A stretch of DNA of 63,762 nucleotides, counting the filler, from Hyphochytrium catenoides (Eukaryota; Protista; Hyphochytriomycota): NCBI GenBank assembly GCA_900088475.1. It is 6 parts of 6 records of this genome, joined end to end, with 100 filler letters (N's around TTAATTAATTAA, not from the genome) between each part and the next. Parts side by side here need not be neighbours in the genome. Positions count along the whole stretch, not along the records: positions 17,184 to 43,099 come from FLMG01000906.1; 5 more parts are not named here. One strand, 5' to 3'. Position numbers and translations under genes: made by a program. Under the pieces are notes generated by a model. It made no database searches. It was not told the origin of the DNA and worked only from the letters and a program-made list of their open reading frames with translations. Below are positions 26,044 through 38,003 of this stretch, piece after piece; within the stretch, counting starts at the first letter, position 1, and every line of letters begins with the position of its first letter.

Positions 26044-26152
26044 TTGCTCAGTGCTCCTCCAGGAACCTTAGCTACTTCCTCAGTGCTCCTCCAGGAACCT
26101 TGGCTAACTTGCTCAGTGCTCCCCCAGGAAGCATGTGTACTTCCCCAGGAGC
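26044..26152. repeat. Short imperfect tandem repeat (~33-bp unit, 3+ copies; core CTCAGTGCTCC(T/C)CCAGGAA)
   Basis: Directly visible copies at about 26047, 26079 and 26112, plus a partial copy, in the divergent PNPase/coiled-coil intergenic region. Confidence 0.85.
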
Positions 26153-26353
26153 TGCGTATCTGTGAGGTCTGGGCATGGAAGCTGAGGTTGGGCTTTCTGA
26201 AGCTTTTCTCAAGGATAATGGAGCTCTTGCTTGAGCCTGATGAGATAGCTCCCCGTTCAGGTCATCCGTCGGGAGAGCCGCCACTGTGAGACTCAGGTGG
26301 TAGAGAGAGCAACGGTGTGGAGACGGAGTACATCTGCGGGATAGATCTAGAGG

Positions 26354-27092
26354 ATGGAGTCGGCAGTCACCGCAGCTGAGAAGAGATTGGAGGTAGGGCC
26401 CGCCCATCTAGCTTAAATATGCTTTTGCCACCCTAAAGTCTTCTCTGTTCAGGAGCTCCTTTCTCGAGTAACCCTACTGGAGAAGTCTGGTGGTGCGGCG
26501 TCGGGCAGCAATGGAGAGGATGAAGTTAAGAAGTTCCAAGCGAAAACACTGACAAACCTTAGGGAGCTTCGAGGTATGCCCTCATCCATGTGATTTCCGG
26601 TTTCTTTGAAGCTTCGCCCTTGCCCATTCTTTTCCAGTAAGTCTATGAAAGCTTTAAGTCCCTCTATTCGTCGTGCCGCGACTATCTGCTGTAGCTACAC
26701 CTTTGATCGACTCAATGGCTCTAACCGCTCCTATGGGTGGCTTCTGACCTCTGGAACGCTCACACGCTCTGCCTACGTGTATCAGGCCTGATGAAGGCGG
26801 AAGGTAGCAGTATTGAAGACGTAAAGGCCCAGCTAGCGCAGGTGAGTCCTGTTAGCTTTGCGGTGTAAACTCTTCCGCCATCCTCTTCAGTGTTTTATTG
26901 CCTCGAAGCTAAACTGCCTCGTAGACTGCTATCCTCAATCTACCTCTGTCCTCTGATCCCTCTCACAACATCTCACCTCATGAACAGACCACGGCAGAGC
27001 GCGACGAGCTAAGAAAACAGGTGGATCGTTTGAACTATCGCATTCTTCATCTGTTGCGGGCTCTGGAGGGCGCAGAGGATCAAAATAAATAA
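26354..27092 (+). CDS. Small (~106 aa) coiled-coil protein, 4 exons
   Basis: Phase-consistent GT-AG splicing gives MESAVTAAEKRLE|ELLSRVTLLEK...LRELR|GLMKAEG...AQLAQ|TTAERDELRKQVDRLNYRILHLLRALEGAEDQNK*. Missed by the ORF track. Confidence 0.8.
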
Positions 27093-27104
27093 AGTCTTAC
27101 TCTC

Positions 27105-29700
27105 TTACAACGATCTTCTCCTTCTCTCATCATGGTCTTGTATGGAATGGGGCCCAGCCACGATAGTCCAGTGTGGAGCATTATAGAGATCAAATGATAT
27201 CGAGCGTCCTAAAGCTATCAGAGCCGCCAACACGTGGCTCCAGAAGCAGGACAACTTGTAAAGCGGTATCGAGGAGCGCTCAGCAGCGTTGTACGGGGAA
27301 GAACATGCCTCCAACCGTCACCTAAAAATGGAAAGCGATGAGCTGTATCTATCTAACTCGGAACAAAATGAAGGTTAGACTACCTTCGGAGAGACTAACA
27401 AGAGGTCCGCTGTGAAACAGTCCAAGAACACTTGTCCGAGGATTGGGCAACAATAGCCAATTGGCAAAGATTGACAAGTTTCGAAGGCTCTATCAAAGCC
27501 TGGCTGAAGCATCTTCACAAGTGTCTGGTGGACCTCTCCCCTTTTTTAATGGCTCCCTTAGCATACTTCTTATTTCGTGACGCTCGCGATAGAATGATTT
27601 GAGGGCCCGCGAGTCGGGTACAGAGGACTGTTCAGGTAGACAAGTTATTTCCGCACAAAACCTGATCGACCGCGGTTTAAACCTGTTGAGCGCTGTGCTA
27701 CGGTGTATAGCGGCGAGGACGTCAATGCCTACAAGAAACGATGGTATGCTCGCTTAGAATGGGAACAATCCATCCTTGCTACACTGCAGCTTAACCGAGC
27801 TCACCAACCCCTCTTATACGCATCGGCGTCTTCGCCGTCTTACAACGTAAGCGCGGCCTTGGGCAGGTTCAAACAGCAGTCATGGTGCTCGAGAATCAGA
27901 GAGCCAGTGTCTGATTACACTTACTCTGATATGGCCAATTGAGTTCGCTCCCTCCTATACTCGCTGTACCCTGTTAGGAAACAGCGAGCACTTACTTCTT
28001 CCAATGTAACGCTTTTTTATGGCCTGTGGGAGCTCAGTGGACTTCTTGGCCCCTTCTCATGAGCTTTGCTTCAGAAGAAATTGTAGGTTGTGCTTTGGGG
28101 GTGGACACAGGGTCGGTTTGTTCTTCTTCTTATCTCCAAACTCAAATCAAACTGAAGCCTGCCGTTGACTGCTCAATGAACACGTTGTAAGTTGATCTTT
28201 TCTTCGGTTTGATATAGCCACTGCGGTATAGCCTTTTGGGAATGGCATTCGACACTGTGCGATGAGCTTCTTATATAGTAAGTGGTGACTTCGGCAGGGA
28301 GGTTTAGCCGAGAAGAGCGAACAGGGAATGGCCGTGAAGTTAGACAATCATGGCATTGTTGGAAAGAGCAGTTGGCATCAGGACTAGCGTTGCATGGCAA
28401 GATCCCAACCTTTGCTAGCGTCAAGGTGAGTAAAGCAAGGCAGAGTATTCCAGCTTTAGGGAGCCTGTCCTGTGTCGCCTTGGCTCTCAGCGCCTGCATG
28501 CCTGACTGCGAAAGGGTTGCCCTTACCAATACTGAATCCGTTGAGGTCACTTGAACTAGGGTACTTGCGGCGAGATGCACCTTATACGGGTTCTAGCTGT
28601 GCTATTGACAGCCTCTCCCAAGCTCCCGTAATCCGAGAAGGCAGACATTCCAGAGAGCAGTGCAGTGGTCAGTATGTCCAGAGCAGCACTCTGGAGAAGG
28701 GATGGTACAAGCCTGATAGAGCTCTGGACAAATAGTTGGCCATATTGTAGAGAGCTCTATCAGGGTTTGTTTCTATTCTATGGCTATAAGTTGCAATGGC
28801 CTCATCGACGGAAACTCCGCAGCCTTCGGGCCGCATATTACCTTCGCTATCTCAACCAGGAGACTTCGGTATAGATTGATCACTGTGCTCTTTGTCTTTC
28901 GTTCTTGCTGGCGCGTGGCGAGGTTAATATTTGCCTCTTCATCGGCTCCAGCGGGCGAGCTCACAGCTTGGCCATTCCCACAGGTTCCATTATCATCAGG
29001 CAGGTCGTTCTCTTCTTGGTCGTATCCTCCACACCTCTTTCTGGAAGCAGCAGCACTGCTCCAGAACAAGGGATCGGATCTAAGCCGAGAAGGACCAATG
29101 TTCTTTCGGACGGAATCAATGGACTTATCTGATAACCCCATGTACCTCATTACCTCGCTGTAGCTTAGACCTGACTTCGAGAAGTTCCGAGCTCATAGCT
29201 CTAGTCCATTGAGGTCAGGATGCTGCCGCTGCTGTTTCCCATCATCTGTCGTAGCTATGATAACAGATTGGTCCTCGCTGTAAGCTCCCATCGGGCGAGG
29301 TTGGCTTCAATCTGGCTCCTCCTCCTCCTCCTTTGGGTCCTTTCCTCCCTAAATAGAGCCTCAGCTTTATCTTTGTTGCTTTGGCCAGAAGGTCTTCCGC
29401 GTCTACGCTGAGTCTTCTGCTCAATTGAGCAACCCCTCATGGTCACATCCACATCTGCTGCACTGAAAGCAAGTTGAGCACCGATGCGGCCTGCAGTTGC
29501 AATCAAGCACTGCAAGCGATTCCCCAGCCTTCATCGTCCATCATATAGATAGGTTCCTCCAAGCACCAGCAATAGAGTTCTGGACTCTGGACGTATTGGA
29601 CTGCAGAAGCGTGGCAAAAGGTGCGGTCATCGGCCCTGAACCGGGGTTTGGCGGCACTCAAATCTCTTTATAAAATCTTCACCATCAGGAACTGTCGAGT
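27105..29700 (-). pseudogene. Decayed coding element (possible transposon relic or pseudogene)
   Basis: Microsatellite-free, with successive minus-strand ORF fragments broken by stops and frameshifts. Contains Cys clusters (CNCRPHRCSTCFQCSRCGCDH; PCNASPDANCSFQQCHDC) and residual GTAAG...CTAACAG intron signals. Confidence 0.4.
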
Positions 29701-30372
29701 GGGACAAAGGGATTCGATCCTGAATAAGGAATATATTATCCTAGATTAATAACGTCCAGCTTGCGGTAATTCCGCATTTCTTCACTCGGGATCTGGGGCA
29801 AGGCTTTCTTTATTGGGTGATCCTTCTCCACAAGTTACCGCTAACGGCTAGTAACCAAGCGACACACTGCCTCCCCTCTAAAACGTACTCTCTCTCTTTC
29901 CTCTCTCTCTCCCTCTCTCTTCCTCTCTCTCTCTCTCTCCTTGCTATATCTCTCTCTGTCTCTCTGTCTCTCTGTCTCTCTGTCTCTCTTTCCCTCTCTC
30001 TCTTTTTCTCTCCATCCCTCTCTGGTTGTTACTCTTCCCTCTCTGTCTCTCCTCTCCCTTGTTTCACCCGATGTCTCCGGCCTATTCCTTTCTCTATCTA
30101 TAGCCCTTCCTTGTGCTCTCTGCCTCTTTCTCACTGAGTGCTGGAGCGCATGATGGGAGCCCACAGCCCCTTTATTATGACTCCTTCTCTCTTCCCTGAG
30201 ACGCAGCGAACGAGGACGAGACAGAAAGCGTTTGTCGCCTGCCATTGACCTCAGAAAGAGAGAAAGAAGAGACCGGAGCTTGGAGCCAGTAGTCAGTGCG
30301 AAGACAGCGCAGAAAGCAGCTTCACGGCAGAAGCAGAGTGGAGAGAAAAGACTGTGAGGACGGAGCAGGAGA

Positions 30373-30698
30373 ATGGCCATAGAGAATGCCACCGGCACCA
30401 AGTCGGCAATGGACCCTCTCTTCTTGGCGATGAGTAGAGCTCGACGCCGTCGCTACCAAGATTGTGTTGACATTTGCACGAAGCTCCTCGATGCTAATCA
30501 ACTTGATCAGGTCAAGAACGATTCGGCTTGAAAATAACAGAATAGCTTCATCATACTCTCTCTCTCTCTCTGTCTCTCTCTCTCTCTGTCTCTCTCTCTC
30601 TTATATAGTATCTCCTCTCCTCTCAGCATCTCTCTCTCTGTCTGATTGTCACCTCTCTCTGTCGCTATTTCTGTCTTCTGTCTGCCTCTCTCTCTCTT

Positions 30699-30745
<47 letters not shown>

Positions 30746-31801
30746 TCCCTCTCTCTCTCCTCCCTCCCCTGCGCCTGTGTGCGTGTGTGTGTGTCTCTCC
30801 CTCTCTCTGTCTCTCCCTCTCGCTCGCTCTTCGTGTATGCACGTGTGTGCCTCTCTCTCTCCCTCTCGCTTTCTTGTTCATCCTACCGTCCTAGTGCTCT
30901 ATCCCCCCTCTCCTTATCTTCCTCCCCACTCTGTGTGTGCCTTAACCGGCTGTTAATGTGGACTCTGGGTTTAGGCGGTGTGGATGCTGAAGTGTCGCGC
31001 CCTAACAAAGATGCAGTACGTGGATGACACAGAGCTGGAGGAGGAAGGCATAGGAGAGATATTGCTCGACGAGAATGCGACAGCATCAATGCCACGGTAC
31101 TCTCCCTTCCTAGCGTCCCAGTCCGTCATAGTCCATAAAGCACCCCTTCAATTCTATTTTTGCGGGCTCTCTCTCTCTCTCTCTCTGCGTGTCTGTCTCT
31201 TTCACCGTCCCTTTCCTCTCTCTCTCACTCTCTGTCTTTCTCTCTCGCGCGGGTGTTTTCTTTGTGTCTCCGTCATCATTCTCTTCGTCTATCATGTACG
31301 TTGTGCTGTCTCTTCCTTGAAAGCCGTGCCTTTATCACTGTCTTGACTTCTCCACCTACCTCCATCTTGCAACGTAGACCAGGGACCTCACTGAGCCGGC
31401 CAAAGACTCAGGCAAATACGGGCGGTGACCCTAGCATCCGGCCTCTGACCTCAGGAGGTCGGCCTCTCACGGGCTTCACAAGGCCAGGAACGCAATCTAA
31501 GGGCGGAAATAGTAAGCTATATCGTCTTCTTCCGCCATCACCTCCTCGTCTCGGTAAACTCACTGACCCGCGTTCAGCCTTCGTCCTTTCCATGTTTACC
31601 TTGTTGTCCTTGGCTGCTCGTAACTTTCTTATCAAGATCTAATCGTAAGCGTTCTTCATCAGAGGGAATCTCTGTAGATCAGGCTTTCAAAGGCAACCGT
31701 CCAGGTACATCTCGTCCATCGACGGCTCTAGGAAGGTAAGCGCTAAAGGAATATTAGAAGCCTGGTGCTTCTCAGAGCTTGCGGTCGGCCCTAGCTTCCG
31801 G

Positions 31802-31840
<39 letters not shown>

Positions 31841-34674
31841 CATGTGGTCCTAACATCCTCAGTCTCGCCTTAACAGGCAAGTACGGCTAGGCACAGCCTC
31901 CCTGATGGCGTCTTCCAACGGCGTCTTCATAGACCCAGACAAGATTGACGTTAAGAAGTACGCAGCTAGGCCTGCGCTCGCAAAGGTAGCCTGCGAACAG
32001 GGCGGTCTTTTTCCCTTGAGGGGTCACAGGGTGCTGCTGGTGTATAGTGATAAAGGGGCTCTAATGTCAGTGAGGGAGCTTAGATCTTCAGAGCTCTTTT
32101 CACTTCGTCGGCGTGTTAACTCCATTCTGTCGCTGATCCGACGTCTTCCTTTATTCATATCAGGCTTTGGTGGACTACCTCCTGTACCACCAGCACAACC
32201 CCCGAAAAGCTTTGGAATTAGCTGCGGAGGGAACTGTGGCGGTAGGGCGGCGTCACGGCCATCTCCCACCTTCACCTTTCCTCTCCCACCTTGCTTCTCG
32301 CTTTTAGTTTCCTTGGGTCTCGTCCCGTTGTAGTTCCTCCAACATACGTATCCCCACTTTAGCCTAGCAACCCATACTGGTGGCACTTGTCTCTTGCTGA
32401 GCACCTAAACAGTCTAACAGAAGTGAGGTGCAGGCTGAATACAAGGATTGGTGGTGGAAAGCTCGACTTGGGAAGTGCTATTATCAGCTAGGTAAGGGAA
32501 CCTTAGGTTGTATGCCAAAGAGAGAGGGAGAGGGTGATGGAGACAGAGAGACGAAGGACTGGGGGAAAAGATGAAGAGAGAAGAGCATCAGAGAAAAAGA
32601 AGAGAGGGAGCGAGAGCGAGGAGAGGAAGTAGAAGCGAACTAAGAGGGAGGAGGAACGAGATCTAGAAGGTAGCTCCCTCGTGAGTAACCGTTATACCAG
32701 GCCTACTTCGAGATGCCGAGAAGCAGTTTCTTTCGTCTCTGAAGGAGCAGTACACCGTCATCGCCACCCTAGAGCTTTGCAAAGTCTACCTTCGCTTGGA
32801 TCAACCCAACACCGCCTTAGAGCTCTATGAGAAGGCGTGGTAAGGCATTTCTCTTCTTCGCAATGGTTTGGCGCTCTCTCTTTAAGTCCCAGCTTTGGTA
32901 TGCTAACTATCTATGCTCATAACCTGCTTGAACGGCAGTGAGAAATTTCCTGGAGACGTCAACCTTCTCCTAGGTCTGGCCCGTGTATACGACATGCTCA
33001 GCGAGATGGACAAAAGCGTGGAGATCTATAAGAAGGTCTCCATGCTCTCCCTCTATCTTCATTTGAGAGTGTACTGGAGTATATCTTTCGACCATTCTTT
33101 GTCTACTCCCGTTCAGCCAATTGCTTTCCTCAGGCAGATCTCTTGTCTTTGCTGACGATGGGACTGATATGCCGTTGATGATGCTGCTTGTTTCACTTCC
33201 TCAGGTTCTAGTGGTGGATGCTTCCAACATTGAGGCGATTGCCTGCCTCGCCAGTCACTACTTCTACACAGACCAGGTAGGAAACCAACCTCGTCCTCTA
33301 TTCGTCATACCGTCCAAGCTAAGGGCTTCGTCTGCTCTGTCCCGCGTCCGGCAATGCCTCTAATACGCATTTCTAAACCCCATGTTAGCCTGAGATTGCT
33401 CTGCGATATTATCGAAGGCTGCTTCAAATGGGTGTCGATAACACCGAGATCTGGAACAATCTAGGACTCTGCTGCTTCTACGCGTCACAAGTACGTTAGG
33501 GCTGCCGTAGATCTATGATCCGTCACTTATCCTGGCTTCAAGTTCAAGCTTTAAAAGCTTCTCCACTTGGGGAAGGAGTATGGAGTACATCTTCTACTCC
33601 TTTCTACTCCCTTGTTGGCAGTCTGCTGTAACCTACGAGGCTGGTCTCCCCCTCCTTGTCTTTGACCCTGGCCTGCTTGAACCTTGCTATTCTCTGTATC
33701 CAAACTCAACCATAAGTCTGGCGCTGCTGCCAGTGGGCTATACGTTGTCCATTCACTCACCGGAACTCTCTTCTGCAGTACGACCTCTCCCTGCATTGCT
33801 TCGACAAAGCGCTCCGAAGTGCTGACGATGACAACATGGCGGATGTTTGGTTCGTACATTTACTATTACAAGGCTTGATCTAGCCTCCTCAGTGATCCTC
33901 TCGCATAGCTTTCGCTATCGGCACACATTTGTCGAGAATGCTTGGGCAAAACCATTACCTTGAAGACTTCCGTGTCAGACCTGTCTATCCCAAACTCCGA
34001 TACATCTAGGTCTTCTTCCCTTGCTGGCCTTCTCTGTATCCGTTGTACTCCCCTTTCTTTTTACCTAGTTCTTCAGGCAAGCTTTGTTGCTAAACTGTCA
34101 ATGCCAGGTATAACATTGGCCAGGTTGCCATCGGGATTGGCGACATTGGGTTAGCCTACCAGGCCTTCAAAGTGGCAATTTCTGTGGATAGTAATCATGC
34201 CGAGTCGTACTGCAATCTGGGGGTGAGTATAAGGTCATTCATGGTCCTTCCGGTCTATCCTGCATAAACTCCGGCACCATCTCTACCTCCATTCTCCCCG
34301 CCTCTTCATTCTTACTCTCGTTTCCTCTCTATTGCTCCAACATTCCGCTAAGCTTATCTTCATATCTCCCTGCCATGTCAGGTGCTAGAGCTGCGGAAGG
34401 GGAACGTAGATCTGGCAAGGACAAGCTTCAAGACGGCCAATAACTTGGCTGATTATCTCTTCGAGCCAAGATACAATGCCGGTAGGACGTCTCATGATTG
34501 ATCCCACTTTCTGCAACTCATCTGCACATTTTCCTTCCAGCACTGCTAGCCTTCAAGCTCGGTGAGTTTCAAGAAGCATTCGAAATGGCGGAAAAGGCTC
34601 TGGAGGTTAATCCGAAGCACAGCGACTCTCAAGAGCTCCTCAGGCAGCTGAAGAGACACTTTACTCTCGCGTAA
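30373..34674 (+). CDS. TTC8: BBSome subunit BBS8/TTC8 (TPR protein), multi-exon
   Basis: Motifs MDPLFLAMSRARRRRY..C..IC, YVDDTELEEEGIGEILLDENA...PRPGTSL, RPLTGFTRPGT, VRLGTASL, DWWWKARLGKCYYQLGLLRDAEKQF, EAIACLA..YFYTDQPEIALRYYRRLLQMG and DSQELLRQLKRHF*. Confidence 0.97.
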
Positions 34675-35025
34675 GACATACAGAGAGAGAGATCGTACAT
34701 TCTTCTCTTTCGAGAGCTGGAGATAGACAGTGTAGCTGATTGAATGTCAATGAGTTAGTAGATTAATTAAGCGAGTCCTAGTTATACTATCAGTTTCGTC
34801 CATACGCCCTTCCTCTCTGCGTCGAGTCCATGGTACCCGCCCCCATTCGACACCGGGCCCTACCAAAGTAATGTCTCTCCTAGCTAGCACATTCTGCTCT
34901 TGCCAACATAATAGCCAAGATGTCAGTGCAGCATAGAAAGAAAGAGTTGAGATAAAGAGAGGATGTGAGATAACCACTATCCTTCCATCATTCGCAAAAC
35001 TGTTCTCCGTTCTCCTTCGCACCCC

Positions 35026-36397
35026 TCACAGGAAGTAGTCTGGTACTCTCTTCTTAACGTTGACTGTGTTATCTCTTGGGGCAGGGTCGAATTGGATGAA
35101 CTTGCAAGTGTCATACACCTTGTCGCCCTTCATGTCGTTCATCACCTCGTCAATCTCCATGATTCCTGCCTGGTTGCCACAACGGTAGCAATAGTTTGGC
35201 GCTGAGAAAATGGTGCACACGCCTCTGTTGTGGGCCCATTGATAGCCTTCCATGACCAGCTGATGAGCGCGGGCAATAAAAGTGAGGCCATTAGTGTGCT
35301 TGAACTGCTCCGTGATATCTTGGCCAAAGGTGTAACCAGCACCGCGCGGCGATATGCCCCACCCACAGCGCTCATCAGGATCAGACCACACAAGGTCGCA
35401 CATGGGGCCTACAGAGTGACAATGAAAGCTTGAGATGGCTATAGCAACAAGCAGTTTGCGTGCCAAAACATAGGATAACATAGCGCGTGATGTACTGTCC
35501 AGGGGCCCCTTGCACTCTGGGAGGCAAAGTGAGAGAAATGGGAAAGGTACGCCGTCCTTAAAAAAGAGGCCAATAGTAAAGGAGACTTCCTATTTTTCCC
35601 TGACCTTCATGAGGCACTTCCTGCACACGGTCTAGCGCTCTGGCATGGTCTAGCGTGTCGATAGAAGGAGAAAGTCCTCCGTGCATGCAAAAGACCTTAT
35701 CCTCAATCAGCGCCGTCATGGGCAGGTAGTCAAAGAGGTCGGTGAAATATTTCCAGACATTGGCATTCCCATACTTCCTCAGGCACTCATCGTAGAAGCC
35801 ATAGACCTGAGTAATCTGTCGACTCTCGTGGTTGCCGCGCAGAATGGTGATACGGTCCTTGTGCCTAACCTTGAGAGCTACCAGCAGAGTGACGGACTCA
35901 AGGGAGTAGTAGCCACGGTCAACGTAATCTCCCATAAAGAGGTAGTTCGTGTCTGGCAGCTTGCCTCCAATGCGGAAGAGCTCAAGAAGATCATAGAACT
36001 GTCCGTGAATGTCACCGCAGACTGTTCACGGAGCAGCCAAGGAAAAGTAAGAACAAGAATTGGTGAGCCGGTGTGACCACCGCAGCCTCTAGAGAAACAA
36101 GACCCACGAGGAAGATAGTTGAAGATCCTTCACTACTTGGGACGGAAACAGAAGCGAAGCCAAGGATAGGAGAGAATATTTATGGGTAGGCATGCGACAC
36201 ATCGGACAGAGTTCAAAGGGAAAAGAGAGTTTCTCACCTGTGACCGGACATCGCACAGGTTGCACATTGCTCTCCTGTGATAAGATCTCCTTCGCCTTCT
36301 CGCAGAGGGACTTCACCTCCTGCTCTGTTAGCTGCTCAGCGCGCATAAGGCGCTCTATCTGGTTGTCGACCTCCATAATCTCTCCTCGAGGGTCCAT
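35026..36397 (-). CDS. Ser/Thr protein phosphatase 2A catalytic subunit, 3 exons
   Basis: PPP motifs GDIHGQ, GDYVDRG, RGNHE, HGGLSP, DLVWSDP, RAHQL and [11 protein letters not shown]; C-terminal PDYFL. Confidence 0.97.
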
Positions 36398-36910
36398 GCT
36401 GAGAAAGGATGAGTTAAGTTCTTACGGTTAGGTAATCGACGTTCTGTGACCCATGTCCGAGGTATAGAACGTACATCGTCTCTCGCAAACTACCCAGCTA
36501 TCGGGTCTCTGTAAACCTTGAGCTTCCGTACTTCTTCGCAGGGTTTGTACCCCTTCTCGCCCCTCCTCGGCCGAAAGATTGCTCTCAAATCTCGGTCTCT
36601 AAAAGGCCGATCAAAGTCTCACTAGCCCAACCGCGGAACGCGTGGTCACACTGACACACAGGGGCACAAGTTAGAGAATCCAATAGCAGAAGCTCCCGAT
36701 GACCCTAGTTGAAGACTGCTGCTCTCTTTCTCTCTCTCTCTCTCGCTATCTCTACCGCGAACAGAGAGGGAGAGCGCTAGTCTTCTTTGCTTTCTACCTC
36801 CAGACAAAAGAAGAGAAGCGTCCAGCCAAGCGGCTAAACAAAGCTGTGCAGCTCGCGCCCGTCCCTTTGTCTACACAAGGCACTGTACCAAGTTCTCTGT
36901 TGTCCTTTGT

Positions 36911-36947
<37 letters not shown>

Positions 36948-38003
36948 CTCTGTCTCACGCTCCTGTTGTCTCTTTCTGCCGCTTCTACCTTGATCTGTCT
37001 CTCTTGATCCCATCTCTCCTCTCTCTCTTTGTTGTCTCTCTCTTCTCTTTCCACTGTTTCATTGCTCTTTTTTGGCTCTTTCCTGTTTTGTCTGTACTTT
37101 TCTTTCACTTCTCGTCTTTCCTCAGCTCTCTGTCTCTCGCCAGTTCTCTCCAGGACCATAGCTTTTCAATATAAATCCTAACACTTGTCGTTCTCTCTCT
37201 AGTCGTCTGTCTTGCACACTATCATGGGTGATTGTCTCTCTCACTCTTGTGACCACAACAGCGTCACCCAATCCTATTCCGATGACGAGGGCCATAAAGG
37301 GCCTAGCCAATTCTCGTATCCCATTACTAGGCCGGAACGTGATTTAACGTTGAATTTGACAGATTGTAGCACATTCTACGTTATTGAATCGAAGCTAAGG
37401 TCAGTAGCTCTGTGATTCTAGCACGTTCAACGTTCAGGTACAGTGTACATATCCAATCGGGTCAAAAAAGATGTCAATTATGACTGCAATTCCTGCAGAG
37501 TATGGCTGTTGTGCGCAAAGCGACTTGTCAAATAAGCTCTTCACATTACTGCAAAACCCATGTTCCACTTCACATTATAATGCCGGATCCTGGATGTGTC
37601 TGACATGAATACTGGATAATATCTCCTGTGGTGGTCGATGGAGGAGGAGTGTCAGACATTCCGATGAGAAGCTTCAGCAGCAGGCGAAGCTTTAGCTTCA
37701 TCGGCAAATCTGACGGACTTTTCATGACCAGCCTCAAGCCTCCAGACAGGTGCATGCCTGGAGCTTCAACATCTTGGGAAGGTGATCACGTTTGGACTGC
37801 TCGCAGTCTTAAGGTTACGGTAGTCTGGGGCATATGTCACCGAGAAGGCTGGAGCGATAATTTGACTTGGTCTGCGCGCTGCCTGCCTCGATCTGATCCG
37901 TTATCAGAACCTTCAGCCGTTAGGCCACGCTACTCCGTGCATCCCCGTCTAGGTCTTAAAAGAACGAGCCCAGTGCCAGAGTCATTGACAGCCCAGATCT
38001 CAA

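Noticed and set aside
26044-26152. CRISPR-like repeat-spacer appearance (also 45474-45550)
   Set aside because: Spacers are too short and resemble each other, there are only three units, there are no cas genes, and the context is eukaryotic.
29690-29780. GGATCGAATCCC T-loop-like motif on the minus strand
   Set aside because: No cloverleaf, acceptor stem or A box could be built.
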